Shown: positions 27,594 through 39,650 of the stretch, one piece after another
Layout: every line of letters starts with the position of its first letter
Numbering within the stretch: the first letter of the stretch is position 1
DNA from: Basidiobolus meristosporus CBS 931.73
Taxonomy: Eukaryota; Fungi; Basidiobolomycota
Assembly: GCA_002104905.1 (NCBI GenBank)
Contig: MCFE01000047.1
Coordinates: 124,001-188,000, forward strand
DNA length: 64,000 nucleotides
Reading direction: 5' to 3'
Translations under genes and position numbers: made by a program
The notes under the pieces: generated by a model
What the model was told of the DNA's origin: nothing
The model's input: only the letters and a program-made list of their open reading frames with translations
Databases searched by the model: none

Positions 27594-27931
27594 ATGGCCT
27601 TTGCCTGGAGAGCTGCCAACTTTAGGTACCTCTATGAGTTTTCGCCTTCGGAATAGAGTCCAGGATTTTTGACCTCGATTTCTTCACTAGTTACCTTCAA
27701 TATAGCCAGATTTGCGCCAAAGCCGTGCGTAGCGCTTTGAAGCAGGAGCAAAGACTTGTTGCACAAAAGCGCGAGGAGCAAGGTCTCAAGTTTGCCAAGT
27801 GGGCGAATGGAAAGCAAGGTGAATTGGTAAGTGTCGAGGAGAAAGGTTTAGGCAGCACCTCGCAGGGATCGATCCAACTTACTTCTTCCCTTTAGACCGC
27901 TGTTGCCGCCGAAGTACCCAAATCCGCATAA
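27594..27931 (+). CDS. ATP15: Mitochondrial F1 ATP synthase epsilon subunit, 3 exons
   Basis: Hand-spliced MAFAWRAANFSYLQYSQICAKAVRSALKQEQRLVAQKREEQGLKFAKWANGKQGELTAVAAEVPKSA*. Two GT-AG introns. Not in the ORF track. Confidence 0.9.
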
Positions 27932-28259
27932 ATTTTCAACCCTTATTCACTTCAATAAAGCCTACTTGGTGCTTTACTTTCACCGGGTACGATTAAAACG
28001 TTATATCTTTGGATTAATATGGTTTACGTGAGGTGTTGTACAGTCCTTCGTACATCGGGTTTTCTCGGCGGTTACTATCAGTTCAACGGAAGAGAACACA
28101 GTATTATCCTTCAAGGTGGCTTATTATGGCTATTTTGTGGGGCACCGCTTTGCCAGTGCGACACTGATTATGCCTCTGTTGCTCCCCGTCAACTACCAAC
28201 ACGAGTCGAAGTCGCATTATTACATCAAACTTTCAATAATTTTATTATCGAATGGATTT

Positions 28260-28531
28260 TCAATCGAGTTCAGGTTGTTTGTAGTTGGTGGCCAAGGTAG
28301 CCTTCATAAGTCCCACCGTCCCTATGCTAAAGACCGACACGATGACCATAGGCGTGAGCAATCCATGGGGCTTGAATTCTTGCTGCTGAGTATGACCAGT
28401 GCTTAGGAAGCGGCGACGAGCAACATTGCGAGCCAACAACGACTAACAAGGAAGAATCTTTAAGCCTGGGATCAAAGAAGAATCCTAACGATGTGAGTTA
28501 CCTTCTGGGAAGACAAGGTGCGTAGCATCAT
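28260..28531 (-). CDS. Putative 70-aa mitochondrial single-TM microprotein, 2 exons
   Basis: MMLRTLSSQK|SLLARNVARRRFLSTGHTQQQEFKPHGLLTPMVIVSVFSIGTVGLMKATLATNYKQPELD*. Arg-rich presequence ending RRFLS, one hydrophobic segment, an in-phase GT-AG intron, and a TATA-like element upstream. Confidence 0.6.
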
Positions 28532-28575
28532 GGGAATGGAGAGTTGAGTGTGACTGGCGAGAGGTGCTCCGTAGA

Positions 28576-28585
28576 CTTATATATA
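28576..28585 (-). promoter_or_regulatory. TATA-like box upstream of the microprotein gene
   Basis: TATATATAAG on the minus strand, ~45 bp upstream of the ATG at 28531. Confidence 0.4.
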
Positions 28586-28820
28586 GTAGTGGGAACTGCT
28601 TCTTCGAACGAATCCCTGTTGATGTGTTTCACTCCTCAACTCATCTTTAGAACCAGTAGCCATCACTGTTCTGAATGATTCATGCTCATCACACGTGACT
28701 GGGTAAATGGGTTTATTGTTGGTAGTTCAGGTGGTTATGAGGCTTAAGTTATACATTTTGTTGAGTGTTGGTGTGTTTCAATTTAGAACCGCTTTAAGTA
28801 GTATGTAAAGCAACCGATTA

Positions 28821-29500
28821 TCATTTGGTTGATGCGCATTCGATAGAGATTTTCTTTGCGAGAGGCTTGTGAAGATCTACCTTGGGTACGTGGATAAAGA
28901 GCACGCCATCCTCATAAACAGCGCGGACATCCTCGATCTCTACTTTGACTGGGAATACGAAGGATCTCTGGAAACGAGAATATTTACATTTATCGACTTC
29001 AGTCAACGAAGGGAGGCCAGGGTGTGCATGGACCAGCTCCTTTGGTTGAGGGCCATCAATCTCTCGAATCCCCAAGAAGCTATCCAAAATCCTTCCGCGT
29101 CGTTCGATTGTGCCGTGAACAACCATTGTTGTTTCGTCTATGAACTCCAGGTTGATGTCTTTCTTTCGGACCCCTGGAAGTTCCACTTCAATGAAATAGG
29201 AGCCGTCATTTTCTACCATGTTGGGCTAGTTAGTTGAGAATGTCAAATATGAGAAGGGTGTGGTAGTTGATGGATACCGGATAGCTCTACTGCAGGCTTG
29301 AAATGTTCCTCGCTTTCCAGCTCTTGTTCAACGGGGCGAAGAATCGTTGGTTTTGTCAAATGGATGGAATGATAGTTGGTCACAGGTCTATAATGAGTAT
29401 GTCCTGCACGGCGGTGTGCAGTGGCAGATAGCGGTTCATCCAGAATGGCCACAGCATGGCGAACACTAGGGGCAACCGAAGAAAACACTCGAGAGAACAT
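28821..29500 (-). CDS. Small heat-shock protein (HSP20/alpha-crystallin domain)
   Basis: Intron 29213-29277 gives FKPAVELSENDGSYFIEVELPGVRKKDI...FQRSFVFP...AVYEDGVLFIHVPK...KKISI. N-terminus MFSRVFSS resembles a presequence. Confidence 0.88.
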
Positions 29501-29978
29501 CACACCTATTAAACGGACGAACTAATGGAAAAATAGGAAGAAGCGGAAAAGAAGTTTGTATGGTAAAGGTCTAATTGCATTCCACGTTGAAGTAAAACTA
29601 TTACGTTTCTCCCGACCTGTAGATATATAGGAATTAGAAACCCGGCTCTCTTGATCCCGGTTTCACGCCCGAAACATTAAAATAGAATGGGCCAGAACGA
29701 CGACCGTTGTGCCTTGTAACCGGCAGTCGCCTGTTGCTGTGGTACAAATATTCCCGTCATTAAATTGATTTGACAATTGTACATTTTATTGCTCTGCCTC
29801 ACATGTATCCAATTCAATAGTTTTAAGAGTGATCTAGAGTGCATAGGATTAATGCCGAAGTCTTCTGCTCTAACTCACCAGCCCACTCCGTCACCCATGT
29901 GTTTGGCAAAGAAGCTTTCCAAAGTATCAATGAACTATAGGCAAAAGCGATACTTCTAGTATATTTGTGACAGCATCA

Positions 29979-30611
29979 TCATTCATTGGAATGAACGAAA
30001 TGAAACACTATCACATCTCCGCTTTGCAATACCCTCAAATCCTCGTCCTCTAGTATTATGGATGCAGTATTCTCTAGAAGTATGGCCTTCACTCTAGACA
30101 CCTTTCTGTCTTCGTACAATTTCTCATAGGCCAAGTCAATCAAGTTGCTTAGGTTCTGTTTAGATATGTCAAAGACCACGGTTCGACGCCAAGGCAACTC
30201 GTAATCTTCCACCACTTTTGTGGCATGTTGTAGTGCTAATCGAATCTCTCCCGACGCGTTGCTTGTAGTGTGAGGTTGTGCCTCGGAATTGTGAGCTTGA
30301 ATCTCGTGTGTGTCATCCGTGTCCTCTTGGCTTTCGTCGCCAGAGGGAGCTTCTAGATGAAATGGAGTTGAGTCCACAACACATTAAACGCGGTTAATAA
30401 ATACTCCTTCACCTTGCGCTTGAAGAAAATTGCGCTTATGTTTCTCTGTCTTCTCGTGTTTCATAATGGAAAGCGAATCCAACGTATTTCTCAACTTGAT
30501 GTTCACGTCACATATTTTGCAAGTGACGGCGGAGTCTTCTCCGACTTGGAATACCTCGGGTTTCTCTATCACCACTCGTTTCCACCGCTCCTCTGGCGTT
30601 AACTTTGGCAT
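29979..30611 (-). CDS. Hypothetical protein: U1/matrin-like zinc finger plus C-terminal ubiquitin-like (KHA-like) domain
   Basis: Two ORFs joined by an in-phase GT-AG intron. CKICDVNIKLRNTLDSLSIMKHEKTEKH, an acidic linker, then NLIDLAYEKL...IILEDEDLRVLQSGDVIVF. Confidence 0.55.
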
Positions 30612-30889
30612 CAAGGAACTACAATGCAGTAGGCGGTACGGCTATAAATATTGCAGGGAATGACGGAACAACGATTTTTCCAAATGCCAATTTCAAGTGG
30701 CTTTTACTCATTTATCAGATAACCTTCAATCGTTCTAGCTTAAATCATGAGCATTTGGATTTATTATACATTTATACTATGGTACATAACAGCAGAAATA
30801 TTTGATCTCTAAAAGGCGAGAAATATTATTCTTTCTATACGGATGATGTAGATTGAACATGCGGTGAAGTATAGAAGCGGTTGCTGGGA

Positions 30890-31867
30890 TCAGGGTGTCA
30901 GATAGACATTGTTGTGAAGAGCCGTGGCACGGGTATTAGAGATTTCAGGAGAGAAGTGGATCTCCTTGGGAGGGGAGTTGAGCAAGTACGATAGGGAGCA
31001 CTGAGACTTGCTTTTCTCCGCAAAAACCTTGTTTTCATGGCGCTGGGTGTGCTTCTCGAGATGCTTGTGATTTCTAATTGGAGGTGGGGATGTTCTGACT
31101 TGATAAGGTGAGAATCGATGAGGATGGGATGGCTTTTGTTCAGTTTTTGTTGCAATGGGCTCGGTCTTGGAGCGATGGGTACGTATCTGATTCTTTAGGA
31201 ACTCCTCCCAACGAAGAAATATGGTTTCTGGGACCAACAGTTGGTAATCAACTAATTTCAAGAAGGTCAGCTCGATACAATTAACTTCCTCGACACTGAC
31301 TCCCATAATGCTGGCCCAGGTGCGATTTTTGTAATTCTTGTCTTGGGTGAATTTCGAAGCTGCGATAAGGGAGGCCATAAACATTCGTCTTCCACAACGT
31401 GCGAAATCCATAAAACTCTCTTTCTCGAAACAGGCGTCTTTGGGTTGAAGCTTTAAAAGATACAGCAATCCCAAAGACCAAACCCCCAGAGTCACTTTGG
31501 AGCGCTTTGCCGTCTCCATGATAAATTGTGCAAGTGGGACCATTTGGCCAACGTCTGAGCCAAACTTCCTAGACCACACTCCGTCTATAAGATTCACAGT
31601 AACGTCTAAAGAGAAAACCAGTTAGGCAATGTTCCATATAAGTGATTGTTACGCTAGAGGCGATATGGCTTCTAACAGCAGCTAGGGTTCGTTATGCTTA
31701 CCAGTCATGCATTCTAAGGTGTACATATCCAAAGGTACGGGTAAAGTGTCAAGGGTGGGGAGGGTTTTGGAAGAGTTTTCACATTGGATAGCTAAGCTAT
31801 TGTCACAACAACAACAAGCAGAATCAGTACAAGAACAAGAAATTTTGGCTTTCATTGGAGACTCCAT
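30890..31867 (-). CDS. Pho85-type (Pcl) cyclin
   Basis: LAQFIMETAKRSKVT...LLYLLKL...RRMFMASLIAASKFTQDKNYKNRTWASIMGVSVEEVNCIELTFLKLVDYQL. One intron. Confidence 0.85.
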
Positions 31868-32926
31868 TTGAGTGTAGATTAAAAGAACTGTACAATATGC
31901 TCAAAAGAAGTTGGTTGCTAATATGGGGGATTGAAGCTGGTAGAGATTTATATACGCCTTGACACCTTGATCAGGTATGAAATAAATGATCGAGATTCTG
32001 ACGTCTTGGGCAAAAGTCACATCTTCATTACAAATTTGAAATATTGCACCTTCTCGCAGCTAGAAATATCGATACAGCAATCACGCTATATATTATCGGG
32101 ATTATTCATGTTATTCCATGGAAATACGTACAGATAGTTCTCCTTGAAGCCCAATTCGTATGTTTGTAGCACCTGACTGTATTTAGCAAATTCTCCTTGC
32201 GCGACTGCTCAATCGCAGTGGCAGATGTGGTTTCCACCAGGATGGCGGGAGTTGAGATGTTGATGATGTGCTCAATTCCAATCTCACGAGGCCAATCACT
32301 ATGCAAGAGGTCCAAATGGAGTTGGTCAGACGTGGCCAATCACTCGAATCTTTCAGCCATTTTAGAAGCTTGTTAATACAAACTCATTCAAACAGAAAAT
32401 CACGCCATTTGTGACCCCCAAATTGATGACCAGCCAAATAAGGCATTTCAGGATAAACTATTCGTAGCATGCCATCCTGCCCATCAGTGATGACCTCAAA
32501 TCACGCAAGATTAGCCTGGGACGCATTATTTGAGGTGACTTACCGAAGAAGGGAAAGGAGGTTGAATGTTTTTCCTCAGCAGGATTGTGCACTAGTATAA
32601 GGTTAGGATTAGATGCAAGTATATGGATGTTGGCTAATATAAGGTTAATATAATATGAGTTGTTGGTGTTGTATAGATTCAGAGTTACTGGCCGAATTTC
32701 ATGCTGGAATCACGAGATTGCCGCATGTGGCTCCGAGTGTTTAGGCCATGAACAACCTTATGAACGGGTTTATTGTCTCTGAATGAGTGAAGATACAAGA
32801 AATATGACTGGATGGGAGATTAAAATACTATTTGCTAAAACATAAAGTAATGACTTCTTGACTATTTTTGGGGGGAGAAGGTCGAGGTTATCTTACATCT
32901 CGATGGGTTGCGCATATCCTAGTAGC

Positions 32927-35900
32927 TTACATTTGTCCTTGTAGTATCATCTCAATGACCCCGTTGATGTAGTCTTTTCGTGGCGTGAGATCTATGTTGA
33001 ATACGCTGCTCAGTTGCTCTCTGACCTGCTTCTTTGTGATCCTCATGAGGTTTGCATTCTGAAGAATCCGTTTCGTTTCAGCAACCAATTCGTCATCACC
33101 AGGAAATATGACTGATGCATTCTGGGCCATATATGGCGAGTAGGGATCCATCTCACTCGTGGGTCGGGAGGCTGGAGGAACGTATGGTGAGGCTACTGTG
33201 TAGGGCGATATGATCTGCTGGCCATAGTTATGTGCCCCAGTCATGTAAGAGCTTCTCGGCTCGGACATGGCGTCATGAGGATATGGCGAATAACTTGTGG
33301 GATAATACTCAGAGCCCGCTCCATAACCGCTAACCACTGATCCGGCATATCCTGGAGGAGCCGGGGATCTTGAGCGTGATGGTGATCTAGCTTGGTGAAT
33401 GGATTGATGTACAGAGGGAGCGGCCCCACGGATTCTGGAATGCTCTCTTGGATACGGGTCTAATTGAGACCCATAGGCCCCATACTGTGAGCCACTGTGG
33501 ATGGACATTGCATCTATCTGGCTCCCTCCGAAATGCTGATGTGAGTTGCGAGTACCATATGAGTCTTTGGATATGCTGGAGCCTGCTTCCCAAGCTTCCT
33601 GTTCAAATTGACTCCACTTCTTCATTGGGATCGATTTCGGATCGAATGGCTCTTCATTTGACACAATCTTCTTCTCTCCTTTATCGCCCAGTACAACACG
33701 CGTATTTCCCCAGCTGAAGTCATCAAAGTGCCAGAACGAGTACAAAGGAATGGCAAACGAGAACAGGGGCATGGCTAAGAGATAGATAATCATCCAACCA
33801 ATATGCTGCCATTGTCGCTTGAGGATGAAAATCACGGCCTGTAACCCATAAACAACCCCAAACATGATCAAAGCTACTTTGCTCAGGTCACTGATATGGA
33901 AGATGGCGGCTATGATCAGGTAGAATAGATATACAACTGTCGCTGGCATGATCAGTGTTCCGAATAAGTCCAAGAAAACCACAAATCGCATTGAGAAGCA
34001 GCAGAAGCCACATAAATCGGGCAGAAATAGCAGTTCGAACAGATTATGCACAGTCGAATTGATCCAACGACGACGCTGTGACAGCAGAATCTCCCATTTT
34101 TCCGGAGCCACAGTCAAACATACGGCATCAGGAGTGAATTTCATCTTATACTGAGGGAAGTGCTTCAACATCAAAGTTGTAAGGTACCGATCTTCGCCCA
34201 GAGAGAGCAGGTTTTTCTTGTGAAGCGTATCTACGTTGTTTTCCGAATACTCCTCAATTACCTGGGTAGCAATAATCAGGGGAGAGCCCTTGGTTGTTCG
34301 AATTCGATACATGCAGAAGCAGCCTGGTAAGCATGTTACACTTCCAAACAGACTCTCGAAGGCTTTCGCCAGATGGTGAGAGATATAGTACTCATAGACC
34401 TGAATCATGGTGGCCCAGGAAAATCCTTCGTTTGCCAACTGTGTCTCTCCACACAAACCGATAAGGCGGGCATCATGTATCATGCAGGCTATCAATCGCG
34501 TCATCGAGTCTGGGAGCACCTCAGTATCCGCATCAACCATTAAAACGTACTCATAAAAGGCTGGATTGACTCCAATAACGTTTTTGATGTGGTGATAGAT
34601 TTCGAGATCAAGTGGAGACATTTCAGCATCGAAGTGTACACGGTTCAGGAAATTCATCAATATGATTTGCGAGTCTCGTTTTCCACGATTGCCTGGTCTA
34701 CTGCGCTCGGAAGGCTTACCAACTTTGGCGACAACAACATAAGGAACAACATGGCCTTCGTACTCGTAGAGGCCAGAGTACACCTTGCCCATGTTATGTT
34801 GCGAATTTCCCTCGCCTATACTTTGGAAGCTAAACGGTTCGGGGTCGTAGTTGGGATCAACTCCGAGAATATCGCAAACAATTTTCGGTGTCGGACGATC
34901 GTTACCGCTTCCAATGATCATACCGTCCGCAATAATAAACAAGAGCTTGCGTTTGTCGTCATAGTCCAGCCCAGCAAGAGAGTCGATGGTCTTTCGCAAA
35001 GAGTCTTCTCCCTCGGTATAGCACGGGACCTGGCAGATAACAAACTTGTCAAGGTCTTCTGGCCTCCGTTTTGACCCCAGCTGAAGAGCGGCAAGAAACT
35101 TGATCACGATCACGGCGCAAAGAATGGCAGCGAAGCCGACAGGGATCCAATACGCGACCATGCACTGAACACTCTTACGAGTATCTACCACTCCAATATA
35201 GAATGCCTTGTTCAAGCAGTTCATCGTTAGAGCCCTGGTCTGTGCGTCCAACTTCACCTTTTCCTTCCAGATCTTCGTAAGATCCGGGCCCAGCTCGGGA
35301 TTTTTGAACATCTGGTATACCTGATTATCCAGAAAATGAAAGTCGGGTACTCCAGCACTGGAAATCGAGTTCTTGTCAAGTGTAAGGAAGTAGAGGGAGA
35401 GATCGTATATTTTGCCATCGATGATGCCCCATTGACGACTTCCCGTCTTGGCGGCATCGGCTATATCTTTGGTCTCAAAGGCAATATCCCCCTTTTCCAT
35501 CATCTTCATTTTTGGTAGAGCAACATCATAAAACCACGTTGGGCTAGCCAAGTTACTGGTACGATCCGGGGTCTTCTGGCCTGTGACATGTGGCACCAGA
35601 TCTACAGTTCCGTTGGTGGTCAGTTCCATTCTTTGGTCGGTAACAAGCCCCTCGCACATTGTACTCAGGGGGATGGAGAACGCATTTCCAACATCTTGAC
35701 CTCCGTACGCTTCCATTTGATCATAGCGAGCACCAGTCGGGTTTTGGATATTCTTGCCATGGTTTTGCATCGAAAAATCCGATATGTCGTAGACTTTCCC
35801 CTTCATGTACACGTACAAATCCCCCTTGCCCGTGTGGTACCCAACGTCAGTTTCATTGTAATAGTAAACTCTGGGGCATAGCATCAAGCCCAGCCCTATG

Positions 35901-38759
35901 ATGAAGAACATCATGATCCCCCAGAGAAACATAATGATGAGGCATAGCGCAACCTTTTCTCTCCAAGCTATCTGGATGTCTGGGCGCTTGAGACCACATG
36001 CCGAAAGCATAAAGGTAGGAATCCACCACGTCAGGGTCCAGGTGGTTCCCAGCCAGCACTTACGAACTCGAGTGACTGGTTTGACTTCAATCACCTGTTC
36101 ATTTGGCTTTATGCCAGTCTCGGAATGATCTACCTTAGTGAGCTCGATACCATTATTGGCATATCTATATAAATGGTTAATATCGAAGTTGCCGCGATTG
36201 CTTCAAAGATTTTGCTTACTTGGATATTTGGTTCTTGGAATCATACTCGCTGCTCATGATACTGTTATCGTCATCACCATAATGCCCGTAAGCTCCATGA
36301 TAATTGCGATGGGCCTCGTAAGGATCTTCGCTGACAAAACTTGCCCCATCGTCGTAGTAGCGAGAATGCAGAGCTGGGTGATTTCCGGCCGTGAGAAACT
36401 CACTCCCGTGGCGGTTGTTTAGGCCGGACATCAGGGATTCATTATCACCAGAGACGCCGCCCTTTAATGCTGCACGCTGGTCTTTCTCCACACTTCTGAG
36501 GCTGTCCTCGAGTCGCTTCCAGGTATTTTCACTCAGAAAGACCTTACTGCTATTTCCGACCATAACATCAATATCGCTCCAACCGCTTATCGCCTTTACC
36601 GCCTCAATTTTCTGAACATTGCTCCGGTTTTCATCGAGACCAAGTTGCTCAAATATTGGCTGGTACCTGTCGAGGAATTCCGAAAACTCATAACTCGCTG
36701 TGAAGTAGAAGCCCAGTCTTTTTGTTATATCGGTGAGCGAATAGGATTCGATCTGAGTTCTGACACTCTTGACATCAAAACCGAGATGATCCGGACTCGG
36801 ATTTATGTGAACGATATGCCAAATCTTGGTCTCTTCGATTGTGGTGAATAGCTCGTTCAAGGTGGAATTCAGTTGAGCCATGACAGTGGTGGACTTCGTG
36901 GGCGTCTTGTTGGCGGGCTTCCTAGGATCGTCGGACTTCTTATATCTACGACTTGGCTGCCTCATTGGCTTTGTAGGGTGTTGTGCTGAAATCACAGTGT
37001 TTTTGTTACGGGGATGAGTCTCTGTAGCCACGGCAGCACTACTAAATAGTTCTTTGATGAAGGGGTTTGAGCTTGCGACGTTCCCTCGAAACAAATTGAC
37101 AAAGTCTGCGGAGAGTACATCTAAATTTTTCTCGCTGAACGAGCCAGTTGAATATTCTATACGGGCCTGCAAAGTGTCTGATCGCAAAGTGGGTAGCAGG
37201 TACGTCTACATGTAGCATGAATGGATGTCCTCTGAAGGAACTTTGAATAACAGAGCCAAGAGATTCCTTTTCATCTCGTTTTTCATCATGTGCATGTTCG
37301 TCTATAAGAGACATCAGGCTTCTGTCTGCTCCAGGATCCCCTTGGCCACACAACAGCTCAATACATTTGGTGTTATCGCCATAGTTTATCTTGGGTAGGC
37401 TGATCCCTTCGCTGGCCATCTCGGCATTTATCCCGACGGAGTCATCAAAGATGGACTTCAAAATGAATTGTTCCAATTTTTCATTGGCGAAGTTGATGCA
37501 GAATCCCTCAAAATGATTTTCCTTCGAGTGTTGGAAACCAAACTGATCCAGGACTCCAATGAAGTTCGCTACCTTTTCCTGACATATGCGGCCGTTGATG
37601 GCCTCAACCAGCCATGTGAAAAGAAGCGAGTACAAACCACGAGACAAGGAGTCACGTTGCTCCCTAGCTGCCTTGGCATCTAGAAATACGGTACATATGT
37701 CTTTTCCTATCATGACAGACTTGAAAGTCAAGGTGTCGCTGAGTGATGAGACGGATATTCCCAGGAACTCAGCAATGATCTCCAGAAGATCCTGATTCTT
37801 GATGGAGCATGAGTCCTGAGTTTCTTGGTCAACAAACTCCAAGTTTCCTAGGTGAAGGATAACGGATAGAAGGCGGAAGATTTGGAGTTGTACTTTGGTC
37901 TTAAGGCCAAGGGTTTTCATGGATTCCTTAAGCTCATTGAAACGTGCTTGGTCATCGACATCTGGGATCCGATAACACTGAGTTCTCGATAAATAGTTGA
38001 AGTGGGTAGGCTCCTGAAGATGTAGATGGGTTTTCTCTTCAGAATTGGCACCAAGCAGTAGATAATAGAATATGTTGAAGCTTCTCTCATCCTTAGCCGC
38101 ACTCGTAACTCGGGACTTTTCCAAGAGGTAAGTTAAAGTTTTTGTTCCAATGACTCTACCTCGTTCGTTATACTGAACTTCCTGGAACATCCCATATCTA
38201 GATGCGTTGGGATTTTGAAGCGTCTTAGCGTTACCGAATGCCTCCAGTACATTTTGTGCCACTTGCACCTGTTCGTGAATCCTTGAATCTTTCTTGGAAT
38301 TGGTAAGGTTACAAAACTGCTTCAAGAGGAGCTTATATGACTCGGTCTTTCCACTTCCAGTAATTCCACTGGCAAGGATATGTTAGTCAAGGAATCCATC
38401 GGCATCATTACGACTTATAGCACTTACCTGAGTAATACAGTTTGATCCTGGCCAGTCCTGCGAAGGTGGAGATATGCTTTGGCGGCAAGCTCATATATAT
38501 GACATGGCAGATTTTGGGCATTCCCGGTAGTATTTCGATAGCATGCTTCAACGTACTTCTGAGCATTTTCATCAGCATAGATATCCAGCTGTTGCGATGG
38601 GTTAACAGAAACCAGAATCGAGCTATTAATCCTAATATAGGGAGCTTTTAACTCATATTGGTGCTTAAGGGATTCAACCACGATATCATCAGATATATTC
38701 TCAAGCAACGTTAGATCTAGGGTATATGGTGATTCCGGAGAAGTCTCCGTTGCTGACAT
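32927..38759 (-). CDS. Class V chitin synthase with N-terminal myosin motor-like domain; apparent +1 frameshift at ~37162
   Basis: Myosin: DLTLL, GITGSGKT P-loop, LEAFGNAKT, NASRYG, YLLEKSRV, LDQFGF, CINFANEKL. CHS: cytochrome b5-like YMKGKVYD, VPCYTEG, GKRDSQ, MVDADT, TCLPGCF, LGEDRYLT, QRRRW, C-terminal DEK_C. Confidence 0.93.
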
Positions 38760-39650
38760 TGTATCTATAATTTTCAATCTGGAGGAGTCTATGAGGAGGG
38801 GAACAACGACAGGGTATGTGGAAGCGAGTCAAAATTCAGAAAGAGACTACGAGAACAAAAACGGAAAGCGAGTTAATTATATTCGATCGGGTGGTGTGGA
38901 AAAATCTATTGTGGAAAAGAAGGGAATTAAGGGTTGTAGTAAATACAAAGAAAGGGAGGACAATGGCTAGTCAGAAAGGAGTAACAGTTTTAACCAAGAC
39001 AAAAAGGAGTCCCCGAATGGAACAGTAGAATCGGACAGGTGCAGGTAGAATAAAAATAAGGGTTAAGGAGTGAAGGACATTTGACTACATATGCACATTT
39101 TTGTGGTGATTGTCCGGTAACTGACAGTGGCTTTATTCTCCTTACCTGAAAGCTAGATTGATGGTCTATAAGCACAAACTGTAAGCATATCCATAGGCAT
39201 TCCAGAGGAAATATCCGAAAGCATGATGCTAGCCATACATCTCATGAGCGTTGACCTTTGAGGATAACGAAACATATACCCGATGTGAATGGACCTTTTA
39301 ATTTGTGTATCCAACAGACCGTTCAATAAATGCTGCCAGTATTTTCTTAGCATTAATCTTCGATCTGGCTGTTGGAATAAGAATCTCAGCCAATACAATA
39401 TCTTACACATGTCCCCTATGCAGATGATGTATTTAAAGTAAGAATGACTGAATCCTTTGTCTTATACTGAGGATCATTGAGTGACTTGCGATAAGGGGAT
39501 TGCTTAGCCGCATATAGTTACATCCATTGAATACGCCTGCATTTCACTACTTCGCTAACTCCTTTTTATCAATAGACACATCTGCCAGACTCTTTGACAT
39601 TGCTCTCTATCTTCTGGCTCTTGAATCACCGACGGCAATCTTTCAAAGCA

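Noticed and set aside
27500-27930. Minus-strand spliced frame with an in-frame TGA (GHFNY*IRGS), considered as a selenoprotein because some early-diverging fungi use Sec
   Set aside because: The region is fully explained by ATP15 on the plus strand. There is no CxxU/UxxC context or recognisable selenoprotein family.
31930-32380. Short ORFs and possible splice sites on both strands between the cyclin and chitin synthase, including ICHCD*AVAQ
   Set aside because: Several incompatible gene models exist, none with recognisable homology. The TGA frame has another stop just upstream.
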